A stretch of 64,000 bases of DNA from Octopus vulgaris (GCA_951406725.2 OX597831.1:22444001-22508000); one strand, 5' to 3'; shown: positions 1-12,805, numbered from the stretch's first letter. Made by a program: numbers and translations. Notes: generated by a model not told the origin, from the letters alone.

Positions 1-116
1 TGGTCGGCCCGAGGCTATAGTTGCAGACACTTGCCCAAGGTGCCACGCAGTGGGACTGAACCCGGAACTGTATGGTTGGTAAGCAAGCTACTTACCACAC
101 AGCCACTCCTGCGCCT
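1..116 (-). mobile_element. tRNA-derived SINE family A, 5' head (cut by window edge)
   Basis: Reverse complement reads AGGCGCAGGAGTGGCTGTGTGGTAAG...GGGTTCAGTCCCACTGCGTGGCACCTTGGGCAAG, with A/B-box-like motifs; same head as the copies at 3985 and 44027. Confidence 0.85.
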
Positions 117-436
117 ATGTGTATTTTTTTTAAGATCATAGGTACGATGAATAATATTTTTGTTACGATTTGAGATTTATGTTGTAAACAATATAAAATA
201 TAGCACACTGTCCGTTATAACGGATACCCGGCAACTGAGACATTAAACAGAGGGTAACCCCCTTCGGTTATGAATGACCATGGGATTGCACCTAAAAAGT
301 TATCCTCCGAAGCACAGTTGCTTATGGAAGACTAGGTGTTTAAGAATTTCGCTTGCTTTGCAACTATATGGAATGAACTTGATAGACCGAGACTATGGGG
401 ACGCCCGTCATGCGTGTGTGCTTGTGTGTGTGTAAA

Positions 437-504
<68 letters not shown>

Positions 505-1231
505 ATTGTATCTATCTATCTATTTACCTCTCTCTCTATATATATATTTGTTTATATGTATGTATAGATATATGTATGTATGTATGTATGCTGTATATAT
601 GTATATATGTATATATAAATATATATAAAATGTGGGTGTGTGTGGGTGTAAATATGTATATGATATATCTGGAAATCCGTAAATACCTGTATAGTTTATA
701 TCAATAATAAAGAGAATGGCGTAAGCAATTCGCTTTCTTACGTTAGTTTACAATTGTTTCATCGATATTTTATCAGAACAGTATTGCTTTACTAATTATA
801 TGATATGTGTAACACTACATTGCATCAGCAATTTTATACTAATATCGCAAAAATATCGTCTGATCAGCTTTACGCATAAAATCCATTTGCTCTGTTTAGA
901 TACAGCTAAATATGTAGCTGTTTGTGTGTTGACACCTTTGTTAAAATCCCAGTGACATTCGAAAACCGATTAAGCCTATTCATATTTATCTCCGGTCTAC
1001 AAAGAAATAGTTTAAATTCGTTCTGCTTATGTATATATTTCATAGGTTATGTAATTTATATCATACATTGATATCGTGTCGACAGATCTTCATGTCAGGC
1101 CGCTGGTAATAACTAAAGAGTTAAACGCTTGCGGTATGCAAATTAATAATTCGAGTTCTCTGTAACTACCGGATTTTATATAGACAGATCGGCTGATTGT
1201 TTTTTGTGTGATTGATCAAAGTGATGTAGGC

Positions 1232-1275
1232 AACTCTGATGAGAATCCAATTGAATTCCAAAATCGATTGATGTT
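1232..1275 (+). ncRNA. Degenerate minimal hammerhead ribozyme remnant
   Basis: CTGATGA-gaat..attc-CAAA-atcgat-TG. Helix II pairs and helix III is palindromic, but GAAA is mutated to CAAA and the cleavage triplet is lost. Confidence 0.45.
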
Positions 1276-1321
1276 CTTCTTCATTTTTGTCAATGTATAG
1301 GAGAGATAATTCAATTTGCCT

Positions 1322-1377
<56 letters not shown>

Positions 1378-1379
<2 letters not shown>

Positions 1380-1807
1380 TTTACTCATTTTCTTGTTTCA
1401 GTCATTTGACTGTGGCCATGCTGGAGCACCGCCTTTAGTCGAGCAAATCGACCCCAGGACTTATTCTTTGTAAGCCTAGTACTTATTCTATCGGTCTCTT
1501 TTGCCGAACCGCTAAGTTACGGGGACGTTAACACACCAGCACCGGTTATCGAGCGATGTTGGGGGGACAAACACAGACACACAAACACACACACACACAC
1601 ACACGCATATATATACATATATATATATATATAAATACGTACATGACGGGCTTCTTTCAGTTTCCGTCTACCAAATCCACTCACAAGGCTTTGGTCGGCT
1701 CGAGGCTATAGTTGAAGACACTTGCCCAAGGTGCCATGCAGTGGGACTGAACCCGGAACCATGTGGTTTGTAAGCAAGCAACTTACCACACCAGCACTCC
1801 TACGCCT
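1378..1807 (-). mobile_element. SINE family A, full length, with internal (TA)/(TG) microsatellite
   Basis: Head, body and tail (…CCAGCATGGCCACAGTCAAATGACTGAAACAAG) match the other family A copies. Confidence 0.9.
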
Positions 1808-1958
1808 ATATATATATAACTAGCTAGACAGACAGACTTCTAGACAAACTGTCAGCTAGATAGACAGACAAACAGCTATATAGGTAGCTATCTAGCTGTC
1901 TGTCTGTCTCACACACACACACACACACACACTCTCTCTCTCTCTCTCTCTCTCCATA

Positions 1959-1994
<36 letters not shown>

Positions 1995-2718
1995 CGATGG
2001 TGTGTGTGTACGTTGGTACGTACAAATTACCCACGCACACATTCAGGACGAAAGTACGATGTACAATATACGGAATATGAATGAATGATCATAAGCGAAA
2101 ATACTTGAGTAAAATATACATGAAAAACGTTCCGGAACAGTATCTATAGTTGTGATAATAGAGATGAGATGATAAACTGATATCACTAAGACATTAACAT
2201 GAATACCAGGTCAATAATTCAGAAGGTTTTCGGTGACGAGGAAGAATAACTCCAAGAATCTAAATTCTAAGTTCTAGTTGAAAAAACTGAAGGAGATATA
2301 TATATGATGTAAGAATGGTGAATTTAATGAAACAGAATAAAATATAATAAATTATAATTTTATGATTGTGAAACGTTCCGGAACTTATGTATTTTTATAT
2401 TTTTAGTCATTCGGTATTTTTAATGTTCTTAAACGATTATTTTCTTTGATGTGACTAAAAATATAATTAATTTCGATTTTTGACCGTAATATATCAAATG
2501 GCGACTTTGGTAAATTAAACTTATTTTTGTATATCTTGTATATAAAGGGCAACGATGAAAGAGCATATATACATATATATACGTGTGTATGTGTGTGTGT
2601 GTGTGTGTGTGTATGAACTATCCTCACAATTTATCTATATCCCACTCTCCCTCTCTTTCTTTCTCTCTTTTTCTCTCTATAAATGTATATGTATACATAT
2701 GAATATATATATACATAC

Positions 2719-2759
<41 letters not shown>

Positions 2760-2778
2760 CGCACATATATAAATGTAG

Positions 2779-2813
<35 letters not shown>

Positions 2814-2834
2814 GATAGATATACACATACACAT

Positions 2835-2929
<95 letters not shown>

Positions 2930-3169
2930 ATACATGCATATACATAGGGGGAAAGTAAGAAAAATAAGCGAAAATACACATTGGAAATCAAAAAAGTTAA
3001 GGCTTTTTATAATAAGTAACGATAGATCTATACAATTAGATGAACAGAGGTTGGAATAAACATATTTCTATTACATATACATATACATACACACAAACAC
3101 ACACACATATATATACACATACACACACATATGCGGAGAGAGAGAGAGAGAGAGAAAGAAAGAGTGGGT

Positions 3170-3185
3170 GAGATAGATAGATATT

Positions 3186-3272
<87 letters not shown>
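3170..3272. repeat. (AGAT)n microsatellite
   Basis: Direct tandem repeat. Confidence 0.95.
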
Positions 3273-3984
3273 TTGAAAGTACTGATTCGATAATAGATTA
3301 ATTTAATTTAAAAACTAGATGATATATGTGTGGTACTATAAGATATATAAATAAAGAAATTTGTGTTGCGTCTCGGAAAATGTGTAAAAGAGGACGCATA
3401 ATGCGAGTAACAGGATTATGCAGCTGTTTGTGGTTACTTATTGTTTGCATCTGTCGATTACAAAGATTTTAGTGCAGTACAAAAGCAGTGCAGCATGTAG
3501 GCAGATTAGTGCAGTATACAAGTACTTTAGTGAATATTTATATATAAGCAATTAGTACAATGTGTATGTAGGTTTGCGCCTTATATATTCAGTTCAATGC
3601 ATGTAGAAGCTATTTAGTGCAACATACAAGCAGTTTGGTGTGGTATATACGTAGTCCAATGCAGTGTATAAATGGTTTGGTGCATATATATGCAGTTGAA
3701 TGTTGTCTATATGCAGTTTAGTGCAGTTTATAATATATCCATATAAAGGAGCACTCCGTCGGTTGCGACGACGAGGGTCCCAGCTGATACGAACAACGGA
3801 AGAGCTTGTTTGTGAGCACCCTCTACAATAAAACATGTAGAAAAAAATATAATAAAATAAAATGCTTTAATTATTTTAGATGAAAACCAGAATGGTGCGC
3901 CACTTCTGGGACACCCTGTATATGTGTGTGTGTGTGTGCGTGTGGGGGTGTTTTGTCTGTATATGTGAAATATAGCACAAGACT

Positions 3985-4149
3985 GGCGTAGGAGTGGCTG
4001 TGTGGTATGTAGCTTGCTTACCAACCACATGGTTCCGGGTTCAGTCCCACTGCATGACATCTTGGGCAAGTGTCTTCTGCTATAGCCCTGGGCCGACCAA
4101 TGCCTTGTGAGTGGATTTGGTAGACGGAAACTGAAAGAAGCCTGTCGTA

Positions 4150-4208
<59 letters not shown>

Positions 4209-4430
4209 GTGTGTATATGTTTGTGTGTCTGTGTTTGTCCCCCTAGCATTGCTTGACAACCGATGCTGGTGTATTTATGTCCCCGTCACCTAGCGCTTCG
4301 GCAAAAGAGACCCATAGAATAAGTACTGGGATTACAAAGAATAAGTCCCGGGGTCGATCTGCTCGACTAAAGGCGATGCTCCAGCATGGCTGCAGTCAAA
4401 TGACTGAAACAAATAAAAGAGAGAAAGAGA
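3985..4430 (+). mobile_element. SINE family A, full length
   Basis: tRNA-like head GGCGTAGGAGTGGCTGTGTGG…GGTTCAGTCCC, internal (TA)n, A-rich AAAAGAG tail. Confidence 0.9.
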
Positions 4431-5178
4431 TAGCATAGGAAGTAGATCCATAGTGCACATATGCCATCATTTTCATAAGATCGCGAGCGACACCGACTGT
4501 AATCTGGTGGTGAGTATTGGAGGATATGATTCTTTAAATCATTGTATCTCATCTACCCTTGTGGCTATCACAAGACAAATATTTCATTTGCTATTCAGCC
4601 AATTGTCATATCCTGTCGGTGCTTCTACGGACAAATAAACGGCAGCTTCTTGAAAGCACAATCAATGGCGTTTGGTAGATAGGAACATATTTTGCGGCGG
4701 ATGGTCAAGAGAAACACTTGTTTCATTGAGCGCGGATAAACGTGAACGAATACAGCGAATCTCTGGAATGTCATTTTCAAGACATTAATAGATCAAACTT
4801 AGAACGAAAGTATTGATTTTGCAATAAGTATCATTGCGCTTTTCGCTAGAATTCAGTGTGTGTTTCAGATCTATTGTGACGGCACAGAAGCCTCGATATT
4901 GTCTACAGAAGGCTATTGTAGGAGGAAAGGCGTTATATAACCGAATTACTTGCCGTTTCTGCTCTGTTCTTGTTACAATAGTGTGCGACTTATACACGAC
5001 ATTGTCTTGTATACAAGCATATAGGGTATATATGAATGTGCATATTTGTGCGATTTGTGTATGTGTGTAAATGCACCAGCAGGGCCACAGTCTGTGGCTG
5101 AAACTCGAAAAGCTGAGTAATTACATATATCAATTTTTCTCTCTCTGTCTATCTGTGTATATATATTTCTATGTATAC

Positions 5179-5296
<118 letters not shown>

Positions 5297-5449
5297 ATGT
5301 ATATATACATATATATGTATGCGTATATATATATATACATAGAAATATATATGGGTGTATAAATATATTCGTATGTCTCTATACGTATGTATATAGACAT
5401 AGAAATACATATACATTTATACGTACGCACATCTAATATAAATATCTTA

Positions 5450-5523
<74 letters not shown>

Positions 5524-5938
5524 CATGTACTTACGTATGTACGCATGTACGTTTGTATGTGTACAGTATATACAGATATAACTGCATATATATATATATA
5601 TGTATGTCCATATGTAGTGAGATCAAGTTCAAAGTACTTATCGGTGGTTGAGTTCTGTGAATTATAAAACCAATGTTATAGTCATAACTTGGGCAATTAG
5701 AAAGGTTAGAAAACTGGTAGTAAATCTTGACGTCACTACTTACGTTTTAATGGCTGCCAATATGACGTTATCACTTTGATATGGTGGTCTTATATATAAA
5801 CCATATCATTATTTTACCTCTGTTCAAATTCTTTCATTGCTTTAAGCTTTCTTATATGGCATAAATATCTTCGCCTGTTTGCTTCGTTTTACGTACACTG
5901 TTACTCTTCTTATGTGTGTAAATATGTATATATATATT

Positions 5939-5973
<35 letters not shown>

Positions 5974-6505
5974 ATGTATGTATGTATATGTTTATATATA
6001 TGCATATATATATGTATATATATATACATATTCATGTATATGACATATACTTATATACACACATATATACGTATATGCATTTATCAATATATGATATATA
6101 TTTGTCTAACTATCTATTTATATATCTATCTATATGCGTGTGTGTGTGTGCGTGTGTGTGTATCTACATACACACACACATATATATATACATATATATA
6201 CATATATATATATATAGGCAGACACTTATATTCCTATATATGTATAGATATATGTATGTATATATGTGTATATTTATATATGGATGCGCACACACGATAT
6301 CGCACATGCATATGTGCGTATATGTGTGTATGTGAATAACGTAACTATAAAACTGTTCTTTATAAATATATTCCGTTTAATGCTGACTCCATTGAAATTC
6401 TTTGCCATTAATCTCCAATTCATAATTCCTTCATATACTCCATAGTTAATGTTTAATTCCACCGAGTGCGCACGGATACACGCACACACACAAGGACACA
6501 CACAT

Positions 6506-6536
<31 letters not shown>

Positions 6537-7014
6537 GTAAAAGTGTTCTTGTTAGATTAGATATCTCACTGTTAATATATCACTGGAATGGACTCGTCTC
6601 CGATAAAACAACGGGAGTGAAATACGACGAGTTAATATTTGTATTCTAGTTAGGATATGTGTAAGTAGTACACACCACGCATACACACAAACACAAACAC
6701 ACACGCATGCACAAACACACACACACACAAACGCACACACATATATATATATATATGAAATATACATGCGCGTATTTACATATATACACATACATATATT
6801 CTCTCATACGTTCAAACCCATATATCTATATGCACATGTATACGCACATTTATACACACATAAGTACATACATGTATGTGGGGGTATATGAACCACATAT
6901 ATTTATATGTTTGTTTACATGTGTGTGTGGACTATGTATGTATGTATGTATGTATGTATTTACATATTCATAGATACAGATTTTTATATATATTCAAGCA
7001 TATATATATATATA

Positions 7015-7225
7015 TAATATTAATTCGAGACAAAACCACTATTTTGCAAAACAAACAAGGAAAGACTTAATCAATACATAAAAATTTTTAATATAAAGAA
7101 ATAAACCGCCACTACAATCGTTTCATGTCTTCAATGACATTCGTCAGGTGGATTTTCGATCTCCTAATGTTTTAATTTAATCTGATTTTTTCCCTGTAAA
7201 TTTGGATTTATTCCCTAATATTTAT

Positions 7226-7230
<5 letters not shown>
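7015..7230. mobile_element. Penelope-like element (PLE) terminal-repeat fragment in (TA)n, carrying a hammerhead
   Basis: Ends resemble the units at 26515-26850 and 27570-27810 (…AAAACCACTATT…, …TTTTTCCCTGTAA.TTTGG…); contains the ribozyme at 7109-7151. Confidence 0.6.
7109..7151 (-). ncRNA. Minimal type-I hammerhead ribozyme, intact core
   Basis: Minus strand: ccac-CTGACGA-atgtc-attgaa-gacat-GAAA-cgattg-TA-gtgg. Helix I 4 bp, helix II 5 bp, near-palindromic helix III, GUA cleavage triplet. Confidence 0.85.
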
Positions 7231-7257
<27 letters not shown>

Positions 7258-7356
7258 TTAATCGAAACAAGAAAACACACAAAAAAACACAACAACGCGA
7301 GGACGTGGAACAAATAAAGGATTATTGGACGCTCAGGAAAGAAGGGAAGAAGGAGG

Positions 7357-7391
7357 GTTTAACGTTTCGAGCGGAGCTCTTCGTCGGAAAC
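7357..7391 (-). ncRNA. Minimal hammerhead variant (CCGACGA core)
   Basis: Minus strand: gttt-CCGACGA-a-gagc-tcc-gctc-GAAA-cg-TT-aaac. Helices I and II pair; helix III is reduced to the ACGT palindrome. Confidence 0.65.
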
Positions 7392-7496
7392 ATAGGAGAA
7401 GGAAAGATCCCGAGAAGGGAAGACAGAGGAAAGAAAAATCGCCATCAGTACTCACGAGGTCACATATTGAAATACATACATACATACATACATACA

Positions 7497-7529
<33 letters not shown>

Positions 7530-7530
7530 G

Positions 7531-7567
<37 letters not shown>

Positions 7568-8246
7568 GAATATATGCATATGCATGTATGTATATGTACT
7601 CGGTCATAAAACTTATATATTCCACCAAAGAAACTGTAATTAATTTTAGGATGTATTTTTCCTGCAATAAAGTCACTAAATATTCGCTTAATATATACAC
7701 TGTATGGGAATACGATAGCAATCTATACAGAGAAAGATTATATTAAGCAAGAATACTTCTGAAAGAACAGAATGTTATGTTTCGAGAGCCGTAACATTCA
7801 TCAGGAAGTGTAAATCAAAACGGAATATTCTGTGGCCACCAGTTTAAAGCTATCAGTTATGTGGGATTAGAAATTAAGATTTAAAAAAAATAACAGCATT
7901 TTTAAAGATGAACTCAGAATTTAAAAAACAAGAAATTACGCCAGGCATATTTGCCCGACTCTTGCAATTCTGTCAATCTACGGTCATTGGAATGTAACAA
8001 TAATTATATATGGAATTATCGATTAAGATAATTTTAATTGACATTAATGTTACGACTGAGTCAATAATTACTGAAAGTTGATTGCGTTTGAAAAGTTTTA
8101 TTTGACACCAGATGAAAGACTGGATAAAGTCAGAAGCTAGACACTTTCCAAATGACCATCTGTAAACTGTATATATATATATATATATATGAAATATACA
8201 TGCACGTATTTACATATATACACATACAAATATTCTCTCATATGTT

Positions 8247-8838
8247 TTGATTCGACGGTCATTCGGAATGCTCACAGCAGCCATATTCCTACCGCTCTAT
8301 GTCACGCTGGTGAGACCCATATTGGAGTACGGGATTCAAGCCTCTTCTCCTTATCTCCTCAAAGATATACATCATCTCGAAAGAGTCCAGAAGCTGGCTA
8401 CTCTCATGGTTCTTGGTCTCAAGCATTTGTCTTATGAAGAAAGGCTGAAGACGCTCGACCTTTATTCTCAAGAAAAACGACGACGCCGTGATGATCTCAT
8501 TCTTGCTCACAACATCATAAGCGGAAAGTGTAACCTCTCGAAAGAGCTGTTCTTCTCTCCTGCTCCAGAGCGTAGGCTGTGGAGTCACTCCGAAAAGCTC
8601 TATCTGCGACGCTTTCATCTCAATCGAAGGAGAGGGGCTTTCTCCGTCCTGGTTGCGGATCCGTGGAATAAGCTGCCAGACGAGATACTGAAGATGCCGA
8701 CGACCGCTCGGTTCAAAGTCTCTCGTGACCAGAAATGGCCTGAACTCTTTGCATGAACACCACCCTGTACATTACTCCATGTCCCCCTACATGGCCTTGC
8801 TTTTTGCTTTTTGAGCCCCAAAATTAACTTAACTTAAC
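8247..8838 (+). mobile_element. 5'-truncated CR1/L2-group LINE (ORF2 C-terminus, 3' UTR, (AACTT)n tail)
   Basis: ORF 8247-8756 contains LYVTLVRPILEY…LERVQK.AT…LSYEERLK.L.L…RRRR.DLI…WNKLP, typical of the CR1 ORF2 C-terminus; ends in TTAACTTAACTTAAC. Confidence 0.9.
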
Positions 8839-9159
8839 AAACCCACATGCATACACACATTTATACACACATAAGTACATACATATATGTGCTTTTGTGC
8901 ATTTGAATTTTGAAAGTAGTTGCTCTCGCGTAACACTGCAACGGAATTTCAATGCCGTTTACGTTTTCACCTGAAACTCAGGTCCAAGAATATATTTCTT
9001 GGATATGTATGCACTTTCCTTGTATATAACCTGTATAAGGAACATATATCTGTCAGTGTATATACAGGAACTGTGTATACAGTACTTCGAATCCGTGTCT
9101 GTGTGCTCCAGCTGATTTTACTATTATAGGGACATAATCTCTTCTAGGTTATTTTTTGT

Positions 9160-9452
9160 CACCCTTTTCAAGCCTAGTCAGGCTCATAGGCCCGGTTTCT
9201 GTGGCAAATGTGTTCCCCCCAGCTGGACGGGACGCCAGTCTATCGCAGCGTTACTCAAGAAACAGGAAAAAAGAGTGAGAGAAAGTTGGGGCGAAAGAGT
9301 GAACAGGGGATGCCACCACGCCCTGCCGGAGCCTCGTGGAGCTTTTAGGTGTTTTTACTCAATAAACACACACAACGCCCGGTCTGGGAATCGAAACCGC
9401 GATCCTCCGACAGCACGTCCGCTGCCCTAACTACTGAGCCATTGCGCCTCCA
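9160..9452 (-). mobile_element. tRNA-derived SINE family C
   Basis: Minus strand GGAGGCGCAATGGCTCAGTAGTTAGGGCAGCGGAC…GGTTTCGATTCCCAGACCGGGCG; body matches the copies at 25370, 49415 and 57184. Confidence 0.85.
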
Positions 9453-10054
9453 CCTTCTAGATCATGCCAAATCAGATTAATTTCAGGAATTTACACCAAA
9501 GAGTAAAGAGCAAGCAAATTAAGTATTTTTTTTGTACATAATATAACCTCCTTAAAGATTTTAATCGTTGGTAGCCATGTTTGCGCTATTTCATGCCCCT
9601 TTGAAATGGCTGGCCCAGCTTAACTTCAAACAAATAAATTAAGTTGAAGTTAACATTTTACGAAGTCTCCTACAAGTGGAAAATAATTAACAGAGGTTTT
9701 AAAAAAGGTATAATTAACTTTCGTTTCTCATTCTAAATCGAGAACTGTTCAGAAGCAGAGAAAAGAAAGGAAGTAGAATTTCTTACATCTAGGTTAAAGT
9801 CTTCAAGGGCAAATCCGAATTGCAAAAACGTTGTTTATATAGTTACAGATATATCTTTGTACGAACAAATTCCACAAGCCCGTTTTGGTAAATTCTTTCC
9901 GGATATAGAAGACTTTTCAGTGGCTATTCCGTATAGGAGCGTATTTCATGAACGTTCAACAATCAATTTGTATGCAAACGGATAGCGTTCTGAGGCACAT
10001 TCCTGCTTTAAAAAAAACTATTTTTTTTAAGAACGGTCAAAATAAACACAATTT

Positions 10055-10570
10055 GCAACACAACTCCATACACCATACTCTTTTGAAAATCGCAGCACAA
10101 CTCCATACACCATACTTTTTTGAAAATCGCAACACAGCTCCACACACCATACTTTTTCGAAAATCGCAACACAACTCCATACACCATACTTTTTTGAAAA
10201 TCGCAACACAACTCCATACACCATACTTTTTTGAAAATCGCAACACAGCTCCATACACCATACTTTTTTGAAAATCGCAACACAACTCCATACACCATAC
10301 TTTTTTGAAAATCGCAACACAACTCCATACACCATACTATTTCGAAAATCGCAACACAACTCCATACACCATATTTTTTTGAAAATCGCAGCACAACTCC
10401 ATGCACCATACCTTTTTGAAAATCGCAGCACAACTCCATGCACCAAAACTTTTTGAAAATCGCAACACAACTCCACACACCAAAACTTTTTTGAAAATCG
10501 CAACACAACGTCCATACACCATACTTTTTTGAAAATCGCAACACAGCTCCATACACAATACATTTTTCAA
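10055..10570. repeat. Minisatellite, 37-bp unit, about 14 copies
   Basis: Unit GCAACACAACTCCATACACCATACTTTTTTGAAAATC repeated head-to-tail with no spacers. Confidence 0.95.
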
Positions 10571-10579
10571 AATAAGCTG

Positions 10580-10925
10580 GAGCTTATTTTCTCGATCCCA
10601 ACAGTACGAAAGGCAAAGTCGACGGAATTTGAACACAGTCGGACGAAATGTCGTTAAGCATTTACCTTGGCATGCTAACTGTTCTGCCAGCTCGCCACCT
10701 CAATACTAATAATAATGTTCCTTTCTGCTGTGGACACAAGGACTGGAATTTTGAGGGAGGTGGTTTGCTGATTAAATCAACCTCAGTGCTCAACTGGTAC
10801 ACATTTTCATCGACCCCGAAAGGATGAAATGTAAAGTCGACCATGGTGGAATTTGAACCCACAACGTAAAAACGGACGAAATAACGCTGAGTATTTTTTC
10901 CGCTGTGCTAACGATTCTACCTTCC
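10580..10925 (-). mobile_element. Two degenerate SINE family B copies
   Basis: …ATCGACCCCGAAAGGATGAAA…AAAGTCGACC…GGAATTTGAAC…CTGCCAGCTCGCC, as at 12150-12614. Confidence 0.75.
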
Positions 10926-11325
10926 CCTGATTCATATAATACAAAGACATGATTGTCACGCTTGGAACATCATTGATCATAGATCTACTGGAACAAACTG
11001 ACCTCGTGGCCTCCATAACAGAAGACAAAACAACAACAACAACAACGCCATTTGATCATTAGTGTAATTAGCAAGCTTTATTAATTGCCGTCCATAAATT
11101 ACAACTTTAATTATCATCTTAATTAAGATGACATAATTAAAAATAAAACAATGCCATTTCTTTTCTCTCTTTATTAATTTATTTCGTATTATGCTTGTCT
11201 GTTTATAACAAATATGTTATTCTTGTTATTGTTGTTGTTGTTGTTGTGTAGCCCCGGGCCAATACTGGACCAGAAGATTTATAAGCAAACACGTTCCGGC
11301 CTTGACCATTCTGGTTTTTTGATAA

Positions 11326-11495
11326 GTGTAGGAGTGGCTGTATGGTAAGTAGCTTGCTTACGATCCACATGGTTCCGGGTTCAGTCCCACTGCGTGGTAC
11401 CTTGGGCAAGTGTCTTCTATTATAGCATCGGGCCAACCAAAGCCTTGAGAGTTGATTTGGTAGATGGAAACTGAAAGAAGCCCGTCGTATATATG

Positions 11496-11566
<71 letters not shown>

Positions 11567-11697
11567 TTGTGTCTGTGTTTGTCCCCCAACATCGCTTGAC
11601 AACCGATGCTGGTGTGTTTACGTCCCCGTACAACAACAATAATAAGAGACCGATAGAATAAGTACTAGGCTTACGAAGAATAAGTCCTGGGGTCGAT
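11326..11697 (+). mobile_element. SINE family A (3' tail missing)
   Basis: Head, internal (TA)n(TG)n and body match family A. Confidence 0.85.
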
Positions 11698-12149
11698 GTA
11701 ATCTATTAGCCCTCCACCCCACTCCTAAATTCCAGGCCTTGTACCTATTATAGTGAAATCTATTATCATCATTGCGCCGAGGTGATTACATTTCATCCTT
11801 TCAGGATCAATAAATTAAGTACCAGTTTATTACTGAGGTGGGGGATGGGGGAGACTGTGTAATCGATAACCCCTCCCGCCAAATCCCAGGCCTTGCACCT
11901 ATAGAAGAAAGGTTTATTATTGTCATTGCTGTTAAAGTAATCGGAATTAATGTTTTTATTGTTATTATGTGTTGTTATTACTGTTCTTGTTGTTATTGGC
12001 TGTTACTTTGGATGCAATTGGTGCTACTTTTGTAATTATTGCTATTGTTGTTATTATGGTGCTGCTCCAGTATGACCGCATCCACATGGTTCAAATGAAC
12101 AAAAGAATTTGCTGTTGGTATCACTATTGGTAATATTGCCGTTTTTATT

Positions 12150-12614
12150 AAAGTCGACCTCGGCGGAATTTGAACTTATAACGTAAAGACGGACGAAATA
12201 CCTATTTCTTTATTACCCACAAGGGGCTAAACACAGAAGGGACAAACAAGGATGGACATAGGTATTAAGTCGATTACATCGACCCCAGTGCGTAACTGGT
12301 ACTTAATTTATCGACCCCGAAAGGATGGAAGGCAAAGTCGACCTCGGCGGAATTTGAACTCACAACGTAACGCAGACGAAATACCTATTTCTTTATTACC
12401 CACAAGGAGCTAAACACAAAGGGGACAAACAAGGACAGACATAGGTATTAAGTCGATTACATCGACCCCAGTGCGTAACTGGTACTTAATTTATCGACCC
12501 CGAAAGGATGAAAGGCAAAGTCGACCTCAGCGGAATTTGAACTCACAACGTAACGGCAGACGAAATACTGCTAAGCATTTCGCCCGGCGTGCTAAAGTTT
12601 CTGCCAGCTCGCCG
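12150..12614 (-). mobile_element. SINE family B head-to-tail multimer (one head plus about 2.3 units of ~183 bp)
   Basis: Unit GTATTTCGTC…GGTCGACTTTGCCTTTCATCCTTTCGGGGTCGATAAATTAAGTACCAG…AATAAAGAAATAG is repeated, with junctions near 12200 and 12385. Confidence 0.9.
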
Positions 12615-12669
12615 TCTTATGGAGTCACTAATATTGTTATCGTTATATTGATCATGACGACGGGACGGC

Positions 12670-12805
12670 GATGATGATGATGATGATGACGACGATGATG
12701 ATGATGATGATGACGATGACGATGATGATGATGATGAAGATGATGATAATGATGATAATGCCGATGACGATCGATGTTGATGATGAAGACGATGATGATG
12801 ATGAA

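Noticed and set aside
7772-7810. Hammerhead candidate CTGATGA…GAAAC on the minus strand
   Set aside because: Helices I and II do not pair convincingly; at best a decayed copy.
10055-10570. CRISPR-like 37-bp repeats and the overlapping repetitive ORFs
   Set aside because: Units are contiguous with no unique spacers, there are no cas genes, and the context is eukaryotic; the ORFs are just translations of the repeat.
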